Assembly (NCBI GenBank): GCA_951406725.2
Contig: OX597815.1
Location: 55,428,001 to 55,492,000, forward strand
From: Octopus vulgaris
Taxonomy: Eukaryota
DNA length: 64,000 nucleotides
Direction: 5' to 3'
The notes below the pieces were generated by a model. That model did no database searches, was not told the DNA's origin, and saw only the letters and a list, made by a program, of their open reading frames with translations. Both the position numbers and the translations under genes were made by a program. Of this stretch, positions 36,098 to 48,055 are shown in pieces. Positions within the stretch are counted from its first letter, which is position 1. Each line of letters starts with the position of its first letter.

Positions 36098-36475
36098 TGT
36101 TGCTCGGGTTTGTAAGGGAAATAACTATATAAGCATTTTTAGAGAGTTATAGCCAAAAAATAGCAAAAAATGCATTAAAAATGGAAAAAAAATATGGTAA
36201 TTTTTTTTTAAATCGTTGACTCATCGTAGACATTTTTAGAGAGTTACTGTCCTTATATAATAGCGAAAAAATGCATTAAAATGGAAAAAAATGATGGTAA
36301 ATCTTTTTTAAAATCGTAGACTCATCGTAGACGCGCGCTAATACCCAGAAGGGCTCGATATGAATCACGACTATAAGATACCCGGTTTTGGTTAAACTGC
36401 CCCGCAAAATGTGGGAGTAGTTAGGAATCTAAATCGTAGGAGACAGACACACAACTTGACTTTTATATATAAAGA
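36098..36475 (-). mobile_element. Non-autonomous Helitron (second family), 3' end eroded
   Basis: Minus-strand 5' A|TCTTTATATATAAAAG...TGTGTGTCTGTC; remnant GTTGCTCGGGTTTGTAAG resembles the hairpin end at 60783-60801; internal ~100-bp repeats. Confidence 0.55.
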
Positions 36476-39400
36476 TTTCGTAGTAATCTCCTGTTCTCGA
36501 ATTGCAATTGCATAACCTTCGAAGTGTGATCTGATGTAGTGGTCACGAGTCCAAGAAAGGCTGCGCTTCATGTCAATATTTGTGTCCTCTTCAAGTCTTC
36601 GGGAAATATGGTCATTTCGGTATACTGAGCGTTTCATATCCAGGTCTTCTTTGAGGTATGCTAGTCCGGCTAATTTGGGGGTTGTATGGGAGGTCATCAG
36701 GAAAAACGTGTTTCCTAAGAAGCCCGCTGCCAACACGTGGGATACTATTTTCTTTACTTTTCAGCGCTAAGTTAATGTATTTACTTTTGCTGCTGTTGTT
36801 TAGCAAGTGCTACCTGAACGACATTCGAAGGCTGTCTGCGCTGATTTCAAACCTCTGTAACGAACTTAATGTGAAGTGTGAATATCCTCGTGCACTTTTG
36901 GGGTGCACAAAGCAATCACTCACTAGCCGTTACTTTAATAATCCAGAATTCTACTAGTCAGAAACAAACAGGACGCAGACGTAAAATATACATATAACTA
37001 CTTTATTCTCTTTCTTGGTAAACAATAACAATAAGTGTGTTATCTGATGTCCTTGATTCTGGGCGCGCAAGGCTGAAAGTTAATAGATTGTAATATTTAC
37101 AATGTCCAGCCGATGAAAACAGAAAGGGTCCAAGATGGCGTCGAACAATGGAGACGATGTTGGTCTGCAACAATTTTGGTTAAAAGTCTTCGGCCAAAGG
37201 ACTGCTAGAATCAGTTCAGACGGAGAGAATATATGCGTGACCGTCGCCGTCAATCGCTGGGTCCCAAGTCACCGCTTGCTGGACGCTAGCGGTCAAACGT
37301 TCTACGACCCCCTTGCCTCGCTAACTGCTACGTAGGCAATAGGGTCGTGCTACCGGTGGTTCGCGCATGCGCGAGAGGGGCCTTCCTTTCTGTGCCTTGG
37401 TAAAGGCACCAACACGCGCGAAATACAAATGGGCGGTGCGCGAGCGCGCGCCGTTGTCGGATCACTACAGGCTCCCCTCCAGTGCGTACGCACGAAAGGA
37501 AACTTATTGTAGTGACTGCAAAACTCAAGGTGGACACCAGATAACCAAATAGCACACAATAATATAATGGCAAAATTTATAACATACACAAGAAATTTAC
37601 TAAAGGAAAAAGAGAAAAAATACTCAATGAGCAAAAATCAAGAGTGCATGCATGAAAGTGTATACGTCACAAAAGTATAAACCCTTCCGCTGAAAGGAGC
37701 GGAGGGAAAAGCAAAACTCACAGTTAATGTACCTAGGCGAAATTAAAATCCAACTTCTCTAAAGGTAGTTGATCCTGCAAATTAGCAGTTAAATCAATTG
37801 CTGCAGGAGAGGAAATGGAATTGACAGAAGCTCGCTAGTAACACAAAAGGCAAAAGTGCAAACATGCTGGTGTGATGCGCGACACAGATAATTTTCTGTT
37901 AATTACGTGACCAACAGTGGTCTAACAGGGAAAAATAATTACGCCTATAAATCGGCGCAGCGCATTGAACATCCGACATCTATGAGTCGGGAAAAGAATT
38001 AGGCTAACGCAAACGTGTTGCAAAAACAAGGCAATACACGTGCGAAGCAAAAGGCGCATGAAATGCAATAGTGCTTGCCAGACCAAAAAACAGCAAGAAT
38101 ATGCCAGTGGTTAAGCGATTATATGCTTCGTTCGTATAGGAACAAAAGTATGACATGCTGGCGCGTTATAATGGACAAACAACCCTCTCTATGTATACGT
38201 GACCGCCAGGGTCTATAGAAATGAGGGGTGTCCACAAAAGGCAAATTTAGCATGGAACAAACAAGCGAGAAAAGCTTGTGTGACGTATGTATGTGAGAGA
38301 GAGCATTTATGTGTGTGTACGTGTGTGCGACAGAAATACATACAAGGTGAATGCGAGCAAAAATACAAAAAATACAGCGCATAGAAAAAATGTCTCTCGG
38401 ACTATTTCAGACAAGAATTAATTTACCAGTCTGTAATAGCCTGATGTACAATAGCAGTTCGTTCTGTAACAGAAATGTTGAAATCACAAAATGCAGATGC
38501 CGGTTGAACACATATCGTGTAACGGTTGTGGCTTCGATGCTGTGACAGGTTAACTGGAACAGAAGAAATCTCGTAGATAGACGGTGCTGTGAATCCTTGG
38601 TGTGCATATGCACAAACGGCAAGTGGACCAAACTTCCGCGAGTTGCTATGTACATCTTGGTGGAGGTCGACGGTGTTGAAAGGCGACGTTGGTGGTGGAA
38701 GGCGACTGTAGTGGACTTGGGACAACATCGTTCTTAGTGATGATGGCGACGAAGATAGCGACGACGTGAAGTAGACAGACGACGATGGTGATGACGAAGG
38801 CAGAGAAAAAGCATCGATGAATTGATGGCGTTCGTCATCATGGCTGTAGAATAAGAAAAGGGGCTCCTTCTACAACTGTTTGTGGTGGCCGGAAACAAAT
38901 CGTCGTAAGATGAATGCGTAGAGTTAAATCGTGTTCCGACTTCGCAGAAAAACTGGATTTTTTTGTTGATAAGTGATCTCTGGTTTTAGACCAGAATCAC
39001 GTCGGGGGTCACCACTTGTAACGAACTTAATGTGAAGTGTGAATATCCTCGTGCACTTTTGGGGTGCACAAAGCAATCACTCACTAGCCGTTACTTTAAT
39101 AATCCAGAATTCTACAAGTCAGAAACAAACAGGACGCAGACGTAAAATATACATATAACTACTTTATTCTCTTTCTTGGTAAACAATAACAATAAGTGTG
39201 TTATCTGATGTCCTTGATTCTGGGCGCGCAAGGCTGAAAGTTAATAGATTGTAATATTTACAATGTCCAGCCGATGAAAACAGAAAGGGTCCAAGATGGC
39301 GTCGAACAATGGAGACGATGTTGGTCTGCAACAATTTTGGTTAAAAGTCTTCGGCCAAAGGACTGCTAGAATCAGTTCAGACGGAGAGAATATATGCGTG

Positions 39401-39860
39401 ACCGTCGCCGTCAATCGCTGGGTCCCAAGTCACCGCTTGCTGGACGCTAGCGGTCAAACGTTCTACGACCCCCTTGCCTCGCTAACTGCTACGTAGGCAA
39501 TAGGGTCGTGCTACCGGTGGTTCGCGCATGCGCGAGAGGGGCCTTCCTTTCTGTGCCTTGGTAAAGGCACCAACACGCGCGAAATACAAATGGGCGGTGC
39601 GCGAGCGCGCGCCGTTGTCGGATCACTACACCTCCACCTCTTTTATCTTCTCTTAGATAGAGCCTGTCGATATCCTTATTTCTGTGGAGATTTCCAGTCG
39701 ATGCTAGAATCTTAAGGGTTTTAACGTCCATGAAGTGGATTTTCTCTACAGACCAGTCAAGTATCCAAAATGTTGGAATCAGTACAAGAACTTCAAATGC
39801 ATTGTGGAATATTGTCCTATTGTAAGTGGAGAGTTTCGACTGCCATATTATTCGGTCAAA
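36476..39860 (-). mobile_element. Dong/R4-like LINE fragment interrupted by the LTR element at 36856-39630
   Basis: FWILDWS...DIDRLYLREDKRGGG (39631-39860) continues across the TSD to ...RSHFEGYAIAIREQEITT (36476-36850). Confidence 0.65.
36856..39630 (-). mobile_element. Non-autonomous LTR retrotransposon (2775 bp, no recognisable gag/pol ORF)
   Basis: 614-bp TG...CA LTRs at 36856-37469 and 39017-39630 (1 difference seen); 4-bp TSD CCTC; PBS TGGTGACCCCCGACGTGATT (tRNA-Trp-like, 38995-39014); PPT GGAGGGGAGCC (37470-37480). Confidence 0.93.
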
Positions 39861-40379
39861 CTCCAGTGTTTGACCCGAGCGAAAACAAAAAAAGAAGAAA
39901 AGAGTGCAATAGGTGTGAATTTTCCGAGTCCTCTCCCCCGCCCCCGTTCGGATACGAGTTCCGTATCCCGCGTAAAACAAGACCAATTCAAATGTGGGAC
40001 TTAACCAAATATTTCAACGTCACATGACCAATCATTAGAGAATTACGCGTGGAGCCTTTTTTGGATTACTCAAGTCTAAAACATGCAATTATGAATTTAG
40101 TCTCGTTATGTCACCCTGGAACCTGTGAGATTCTCGCGAAAGAAAACACGAAATATAGTGTAGCCAAAATTCACAATAACTCTTACAAGCAAAGAAAAGC
40201 ACGCCAGTATGGAGGGAAAAAGTAAGGAATGTATGGTACTGACTAGAAAGGAAGAAAGGATAAAGATGGCATCGTCTTCGTTCGACATACGAATAGAACA
40301 GAGTGGTGACATTGAGTAGAGATGATCCGGAAGTTGTTCTACGACAACTTTAACACGAAATAACTTCTAAAATACGAAA

Positions 40380-40830
40380 TTTTGTCAAAAATGTTCTAAG
40401 TAAACTGTGTTCTGGGTGAGAAATTCCACCAGTATACGAAGTTTCAAACTGTTTACACTGAGTGTATTTATGAATATCCGGTGGAACAAAAGATTTGATT
40501 GTGACTTGGTTACCAAACGGGGTAATTCCATTATGTATTTTTGCAAACGATAAACATAATCTGCTGGATCGAAGTTTCGATAAAGTGCAGTTGTATTTGT
40601 GACCTCTGTCCAGGTAAAATAAGATGGGTGCCATAAAGTAATTCCGCCGGTGAAAAACCTAATACTTTCTTGACAACTGATCGAAGCTCCAATAAAACAA
40701 TTAGTAAAACTTCTAACCAAGCGTCTGACTCGATATAAGCGCGTAGAGCTGCTTTCAATCGACGGTATAAACGCTCTATCATCCCGTAAGACATGGGATG
40801 TTACGCAGTGGTACAGATTCACTGCAAACC
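40380..40830 (-). mobile_element. Decayed Gypsy integrase fragment (different family)
   Basis: ORF 40531-40794 HPMSYGMIERLYRRLKAAL...W.EVLLIVLL.LR...SPAELLYG..L.LPG. Confidence 0.7.
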
Positions 40831-41327
40831 CAGCAAGTTTGAAAGTGCAGCAAAGGGATTCGATTCACCTCTTTCCATCTACCACTAAAATCAGTTTAAT
40901 AAAATATTTACCTGAGCTTACATTGCCTTCCATAACAACTTTATGGGTTCGCTGCTCTTGCGTTGCTCCTCATTTCCATCTGAAAAAACACTTTCAAGCT
41001 GCGTTTCTGCAATTTTTTTTTTAGCACTACACCACTATCCGGCACAGGTATGAACGCCACAAATTCTCAATAACCCAATTTAAACGTGTCTGTCACTATA
41101 CCTATTCTTGAAGTGCTAATGATAAAATCACATAGAATGGTTGGAAAAAGAATTTTGAGAGGGCAAGTATGTACGCCGAAGATAAATACTGGGAAAGATA
41201 AGTTTTAGGAAAATATTGCCTGAAGGAAGTTCATGACAAACAGGCAAGTGTTTTCCCTTATTTATGAATACACTCTAATGTATATTTGTTGAGTGACTTG
41301 TATTATCTTACTCAGTTTGGCCCTGTA

Positions 41328-42196
41328 CAGGGTGTTCGAGCTAAATTTGACGATTTTTTTATGTCTCCTTTTTTCGAGAACATTTTGACGTATTGGTGAG
41401 CAGTCAGCGGCATTGGAAAGCATGAACATTCAAGTTGGAGTTGGCAAAAAGTTATCTGATATGGAGAACTAGAAGCCATTTGAATATTGGAAGAGTTACC
41501 TGTGACATCATGATTCGCGCCGGGCGTCAAAATGCCAATGTTATGACTGCTGTTTAATGCTCTGTGTACACTGTAAAAGCTATAAGATATGATATGGATA
41601 GAGGCAACGGAGACTGCGAACTCGTGGCCAACTGGGACACAGTAGGCGTTCTAACTGTGGCCGCGTATCAGAATTCATCCCCACATCTTTGAACAGAGCC
41701 TTAGGCTATTTTCAGACGGCTATGTGAAGCTGCTGAAGATAGTGGTCAATTTCTGACTAGAGAGGGGTTGCTGTTGGAAAGTCATATATATAACCGTAGG
41801 ATTCGGTTTCCAGCCATACCTCCTGAAAGATCATAAGTGGTTGTCAGAGAGTTTCTACCATTTCACTAGTCCCCATTTCTAGCTTCCTTATTCCTCCGAT
41901 TGTAATTCTAAAGATTACTAAGTGTGAAAGACACCAACCGCTCTGCCTACGACACCAAGGCCGAGCTGGGCAAGATCAAGGTGTTCGAAGATCTTCCCAA
42001 GGATGCAGTGAGAAACGGAGTTATCATGAGACTGTAGTGGAAGCTGAGGGAAGTTAGTTTGAGTAAACTGTTATCTCCCACTTTAATCTAGTTGATATTT
42101 TTTAAATATATATTTTAAGATACTTTTATTTTTGGATAGGATATTGTGTTTTCTTTACCTTTTAAGCAAACTGTCATGTTTAGCCCGAACACCCTC
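41328..42196 (+). mobile_element. Deleted Tc1/mariner-superfamily element
   Basis: TA|CAGGGTGTTCGAGCTAAATTTGAC and GTCATGTTTAGCCCGAACACCCTC|TA; C-terminal remnant ...TKAEL...VVEAEG. Confidence 0.75.
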
Positions 42197-42230
42197 TATA
42201 ATTTCAGCAACTGCATCGGATTAAAATTCC

Positions 42231-42835
42231 GTAAATTTAATGATGTTTTGCAATGTTGAAGGTATAAAGATGATGTGGTTAACGAAGAGTCGACAAAAGC
42301 ACATTTTACTAATTCGTCAATTTTGAATCTGAACACCGGAGACATTGATGCTAAGAATACAAGTGGCAGATGAGAAGGAAAAAAGTATTGTAACTCTGGG
42401 TGAAATCTGTTTTAGTTGATAGAGTGAATATCGAAAAAGCACTATTCAAAGATGGATTATACTGGGATGAAAATAATTTTTACTATTGCCGGTAAAGTTC
42501 TGTAAATTCAATTATGTTTTGCAATGTTGAAGGTATAAAGATGATGTGGTTAACGAAGAGTCGACAAAAGCACATTTCACTAATTCGTCAATTTTGAATC
42601 TGAACACCGTTTATGCGTTTTTCCGCTATTATACGATACTCGATCATCATAAAAGATGCGAAGAAGTGGGTATTTTGACGCTGACAAAACAGAATTCGTA
42701 GACCTATTTACGAAAGAAATAATAAATTGAGGAGAAGATTAAGATGATTGTCGAACTGTATCATCTTCAGAGGCATTGATGCTAAGAATACAAGTGGCAG
42801 ATGAAAAGGAAAGAAGTATTGTAACTTTGGGTGAC
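42231..42835. repeat. Local interspersed duplication
   Basis: 42231-42338 repeats at 42502-42609; 42341-42403 repeats at ~42773-42835. Confidence 0.8.
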
Positions 42836-42982
42836 TTCAAACCCGCAGAAATGTCAATAGCATGTCACTCTGGTTTCATGGCATGATACAAATGTGAAAT
42901 ATAAATTACCATCTAGAATTTATATACAATTTTTTGCAGCCAGCATTCCCAGGTAAATGCGTACGTAACCCCAATAACTTCT

Positions 42983-43515
42983 TTATGTGTCATATCCAGA
43001 ATGTAGGACATAGGCGATCATGTTCTGCCACAATTCTCTGCTCTTTATTTTCTGTAGCAGTTCCAATTCCTGATGTTTAATGCCTCTTTCTTGCAACCAG
43101 TTCGTCAAGCTTGACATCCATATCATCCTTCTCCTTCGTTTACTTCTTTTCCCACCAATCTTTCCGGTCATCCCATAATTCTTCAGGCCCTCTTTCCTCA
43201 TCACATGACCAAGAAATCTCAGTTGTTTGGCCCTTATCTCACGAAGCAGTTTCCTATTTACCGCAACTCGGGTCATCTCTTCTTCATTAGACACTTTATC
43301 TGTCTATGCTATCCTCAATATTTCCCTTAAGAACCACACTTCACAGCTCTCTAAGCACCTTCTCATTTCTGATGTTATAGACCAAGCTTTACTTCTGTAC
43401 ATAAAAACAAGGTAGACAAAGCAGTTCAATATACAGATCTTGGTTTTCATGCTCGGAATACGATTTCTCAAAATGTTACACAATTTTGAGAATGTAGATT
43501 TTGCCCGCACTACTC
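42983..43515 (-). mobile_element. RTE-clade LINE 3' fragment
   Basis: KQLRFLGHVMRKEGL...GKIGGKRSKRRRR..W and RAKSTF...MYRSKAWSIT...EVWFLR motifs. Confidence 0.75.
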
Positions 43516-43889
43516 GTGATAGCCCCAATAGTGAAGTGAATTGACCTAGTATAAAACTGAAATAGAAATAGAAACAATTTGCCAGTAGCAAATTTGAATT
43601 CACAGTCATATTACATATAAAATCCTGATTACCTAAACAATTTTCACTGAACCCTAAAATAAAGAAAACTGGATCATTATTGTATAGATGAATTATATGA
43701 TTAAGTGATATTATCCCACAATATACCTTAGGATTTTATATTCCCCACTTTAAAGTGGGAATCGAAGAGGTGGAGTGTTTAATTATTATTTTTTTTTATA
43801 ACGAAAGCTGAACATAAATAAAGGTAGAAAGCAGAATCTATATCCACCATTAATATTATGTCATAAAATGGTTATGCAAACCCGTGCAG

Positions 43890-43897
43890 TGACGTAA
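43890..43897 (+). promoter_or_regulatory. CRE-like site TGACGTAA about 150 bp upstream of PYG paralog B
   Basis: 7/8 CRE match; function is inferred only. Confidence 0.3.
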
Positions 43898-44049
43898 TAA
43901 AATGTAATTTATAGCCATGTTGACAGTATCAAAAAAGAAACATCCTGACTTTACCGTGCTACATATTTCGAGTGTTTAAACAAAATCGAAAGGAAAAGAA
44001 ACTCTAATAACAAAAGTATAATAGAAAACTTAAATAATAAAAAAAAAAC

Positions 44050-46545
44050 ATGCCTTTGCAACAGCAAATTACACTGTGTGGAATGACAGGACTGGCAGAC
44101 GAGATGAGTACAGAAAACATTAAAAAATCCTTCAATCGACATCTTCACTTCACATGTATGAAAGATAGAAATGTAGCCACCAGAAGAGATTATTATGTAG
44201 CATTAGCCCATTCTGTTAAAGATCAACTTGTCGGACGTTGGATCAGAACTCAGCAATTTAATTATGATACTGATCCAAAAAGGGTTTATTATCTTTCTAT
44301 GGAATTTTATATGGGAAAATTTTTAGAGAACGCCATGTTATGTCTTGGAAATATGTATTCTAATGAAGAAGCTTTGAGACAAATGAATCTGAAGTTGAGC
44401 AATCTCATAGAAATTGAAGAGGAGGCAGGATTAGGAAATGGTGGTCTTGGTCGATTAGCCGCTTGTTATATGGATTCTATGGCTACAGTTGGCGTAACAG
44501 GATATGGATACGGAATTCGTTATAATTATGGAATATTTACACAAAAAATTAACAATGGATGGCAATGTGAATCGGCAGATGAATGGTTAGAATACGGGAA
44601 CCCATGGGAAAAATCCCGACCCGAACATCGAATTCCCGTTCGTTTTGGGGGAAGAGTGGAAGTTATAGAAGGTCGCTTTCAGTGGCTGGACACACACAAT
44701 GTTATTGCAACACCTTATGATTATCCAATTCCTGGCTACAAGAACAACAGAGTAAATACTCTGCGATTGTGGTCAGCTAGATGTACCAAAGAATTTCAGC
44801 TGCAATTTTTCAATAACGGAGATTACATCAGAGCAGTTATGGAAAGAAACTTAGCTGAAAATATTTCTAGTGTTCTTTATCCAAATGACACTTTCTTCGA
44901 AGGACAAGAATTGCGTCTCAAACAAGAGTATTTTCTAGTAGCAGCAACTTTACAAGATATTATAAGAAGATTCAAAGCTGATAAATATGGAAGGAAAAGA
45001 AGGGGAAGAGACATGTTTTATCAACTACCAGAAAAAGTAGCAATACAGTTGAATGATACCCATCCTGGATTCGCAATACCAGAACTTATGAGAATACTTG
45101 TTGATGATGAATGCATGGACTGGGATGACGCATGGGATATTAGTTGCAATGTTTTTGCTTATACAAACCACACATTGATGCCAGAAGCTCTTGAACGGTG
45201 GCCAGTTACATTATTGGAAACATTACTTCCGAGACATCTGCAGCTTATTTACCATATCAATCATTTACATTTAGAAAAAGTTGCAAGAATTTGGCCGAAT
45301 GATGATGATCGAATAAAGAGATTGTCCATATTTGAAGAAGAGCCTTACAAAAAAGTAAATATGGCTTATTTGTGTATAGTCGGTTCGCATGCAGTTAATG
45401 GCGTAGCCGCATTACACTCAAATTTACTAAAACAAGAACTATTTAAAGACTTCTACGAGATGATGCCACACAAATTTCAAAATGTAACCAATGGAATATC
45501 ACCAAGGCGGTGGATACTTCAGAGTAATCCATGTCTTTCAGATTTGATTTCGGGAAGAATTGGAGATGCGTGGATAACAGAGTTATGCCATTTAAGAGAC
45601 CTTAGAAAATTTGAGCATGATGGCCATATTTTAAGGGATTTAATGGAAGTCAAAATGGAACACAAAAAAAGAATGGCAGAATACATAAAAGAGAAATACC
45701 TTATTAATATAAACATAGCATCGTTATTTGATGTCCATGTAAAACGTATACACGAATATAAACGCCAGCTACTGAACTGTCTTCATATAGTTACAAAATA
45801 CTGTCGTATCAAATACGAAAAGAAATTTGTTGTTCCTCGTACCGTCATAATTGGTGGTAAAGCCGCTCCCGGCTACAGGATGGCTAAACTTATTATAAAG
45901 CTTATCAATAATATGGCAAAGATTATCAACAATGACGTTGATATAGGAAACAAACTTAAAATAGTTTATTTAGAAAATTATTGTGTGTCCTTGGCTGAGA
46001 AAATTATACCTGCAACAGATCTTAGTGAACAGATTTCAACAGCTGGAACAGAAGCTTCTGGTACAGGAAACATGAAATTTATGGCCAATGGAGCATTAAC
46101 AATAGGTACAATGGATGGTGCCAATGTAGAAATAGCTGAAGAAGTTGGAAAAACAAATATGTTTATTTTCGGTCTTTGCGTTGAAGAGGTTAAGAATTTG
46201 AGATCATCCGGCTATACAGCATCACGCCATTATCATCATAATGATGAGTTAAGAAGGGCAATGGACATGATTAAAGATGGCTACTTCAGTCCTGACAATC
46301 CCTCTCTATTTATAGAAATCTTTGATAGTTTGTACCACTGTGATCATTATTTGCTTCTTGAAGATTATGAAGATTACATTAGAGCTCAAGATGATGTAGA
46401 AAATCTTTATAATAATACTAAAGAATGGCTAAGAAAATCCCTGTTGAACATAGCTTGTTGTGGAAAATTCTCAAGTGATCGAGCTATCAAAGAATATGCA
46501 GCTCACATATGGAGTGCTGACTTACTTCAAACAAAATTTTATTGA
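44050..46545 (+). CDS. PYG: Glycogen phosphorylase, single-exon CDS (paralog B)
   Basis: 831-aa uninterrupted ORF with the catalytic and PLP motifs ([46 protein letters not shown]). Confidence 0.98.
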   Translation: MPLQQQITLCGMTGLADEMSTENIKKSFNRHLHFTCMKDRNVATRRDYYVALAHSVKDQLVGRWIRTQQFNYDTDPKRVYYLSMEFYMGKFLENAMLCLGNMYSNEEALRQMNLKLSNLIEIEEEAGLGNGGLGRLAACYMDSMATVGVTGYGYGIRYNYGIFTQKINNGWQCESADEWLEYGNPWEKSRPEHRIPVRFGGRVEVIEGRFQWLDTHNVIATPYDYPIPGYKNNRVNTLRLWSARCTKEFQLQFFNNGDYIRAVMERNLAENISSVLYPNDTFFEGQELRLKQEYFLVAATLQDIIRRFKADKYGRKRRGRDMFYQLPEKVAIQLNDTHPGFAIPELMRILVDDECMDWDDAWDISCNVFAYTNHTLMPEALERWPVTLLETLLPRHLQLIYHINHLHLEKVARIWPNDDDRIKRLSIFEEEPYKKVNMAYLCIVGSHAVNGVAALHSNLLKQELFKDFYEMMPHKFQNVTNGISPRRWILQSNPCLSDLISGRIGDAWITELCHLRDLRKFEHDGHILRDLMEVKMEHKKRMAEYIKEKYLININIASLFDVHVKRIHEYKRQLLNCLHIVTKYCRIKYEKKFVVPRTVIIGGKAAPGYRMAKLIIKLINNMAKIINNDVDIGNKLKIVYLENYCVSLAEKIIPATDLSEQISTAGTEASGTGNMKFMANGALTIGTMDGANVEIAEEVGKTNMFIFGLCVEEVKNLRSSGYTASRHYHHNDELRRAMDMIKDGYFSPDNPSLFIEIFDSLYHCDHYLLLEDYEDYIRAQDDVENLYNNTKEWLRKSLLNIACCGKFSSDRAIKEYAAHIWSADLLQTKFY

Positions 46546-46594
46546 TCTTAAATGATTGGTTTATATAAATGTTCATCATTTACAAAAGAATATT

Positions 46595-46600
46595 AATAAA
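46595..46600 (+). terminator. Putative polyadenylation signal of PYG paralog B
   Basis: AATAAA 50 nt after the stop, with T-rich sequence downstream. Confidence 0.45.
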
Positions 46601-48055
46601 GAAGTTAAATAAACTACTGTAAAATTATCTTTTTAGTTTTAATATCCGACAATTTATTTCAATTGTAACACATTGATATTACTGATAGTCAATTTATCAA
46701 CTTAGAATTATGAAAAGCAAAGTTAACCTCAGCGGCATTTCAACAAGAAGGATGGAAGAGTGAAACTAAAAGTTACAAAATTCTTCATCACGAATATTTT
46801 AACGTTACCATCACTAGTATTTTCTTTCCTTGATTCAAAAAGGGAAAAATATGACATACAATAAAAAGCAGATTAAAACGATATTTTCAAAAACATTGCC
46901 TATCTATAACCAACACTCTTCTTCTCTCTGTGTGTGCGCGCGTGCGTGTGTGTGAGTATAACACGCACTTACGCACGCGCACGCATGAGTGGTGTATAAC
47001 CCCATGCGTGAGTGTATAACCCTATTGAGTGTGGGAAATAAAAAAGGATTTGGAAAAACAACCCTTTCGACAAATCAGATATTCGTGTAACCTGAATAGT
47101 TTAATGCTCGGTGTAAATTTAGCGACGATAGGGTCCACTTTATAAATAAAGTGGAAGAGAGATGGGTAGTCCGTCCCTGTTTGCGCTTTTACAGGAACAA
47201 CACTTCTGAGTGGTGTGGAGTCGCAAACTCCGGGGTTACCTCGGGCGACACACACTCTAGCTACATTACTGGAAGACAGCGAATATATTTTCATGTTTAA
47301 ACACTGAATTAGTCGTGGGATTACAGTCTGTTCTTTCTAACACACCTGCATACATACGTGTACACACGCACTCATACGTGTGTACGTTCATGTACGCATG
47401 TGTGCGTAAACTTACTCGTTATCTAACCATCAACTCAACTAACCAACGACTTTAGTCTAAATAAACAAGAACCCCCAGCTCGCAGGTCATGATAAGTAGA
47501 AATGTCTTCGCTGCATTTTTGGGACGAATTTAAATCGGTAAATTTCGATACTTTCAACCACACGATTTTTCAGTAAAAAAAAAAAAAATCTCGGATTTTT
47601 TGCGTGGAATTAAGTACCATATGCTGCAACCCCCGCTTTTAAAAAAAAAAGTTCGGAAAAAAAGTGGGGTGGGAAACCGCCCACCCCAATTCCGGAATCA
47701 ATGGAATTTTTTTTTTTCGTTGAATGAATTACCCCTTTTTTGGGTCCGGAAAACGGGGAGGGGGAGGTGTTGGGAACCCTAGAACCCCAACCCTATTTTC
47801 AGATATTTTTTTATGTTTCTTTCTTTACTCACAATTTTAGGCGACATATTGCAGAAATACCTTTTCGAGAGAGTGTGTAATCCACATTAAATTGAAAATT
47901 CAAGCAAGTTTGAAAAGAATACTAAAAAGAATAAGTGAAAATACAGAGGTTATGGAAGTTAGTGGTAACGAAGTCTGTGGAGAGAGAAAGAATGATAAAG
48001 AATTCATCTAAAAAAACACGAGTGTATGTGTGTGGAACAAGTAAATGTATATTAT

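Noticed and set aside
37135-37335. Duplicated 66-aa ORF (also 39296-39496) as a small gene
   Set aside because: It lies within the two LTRs, antisense to the element; the duplication is explained by LTR structure and there is no other coding evidence.
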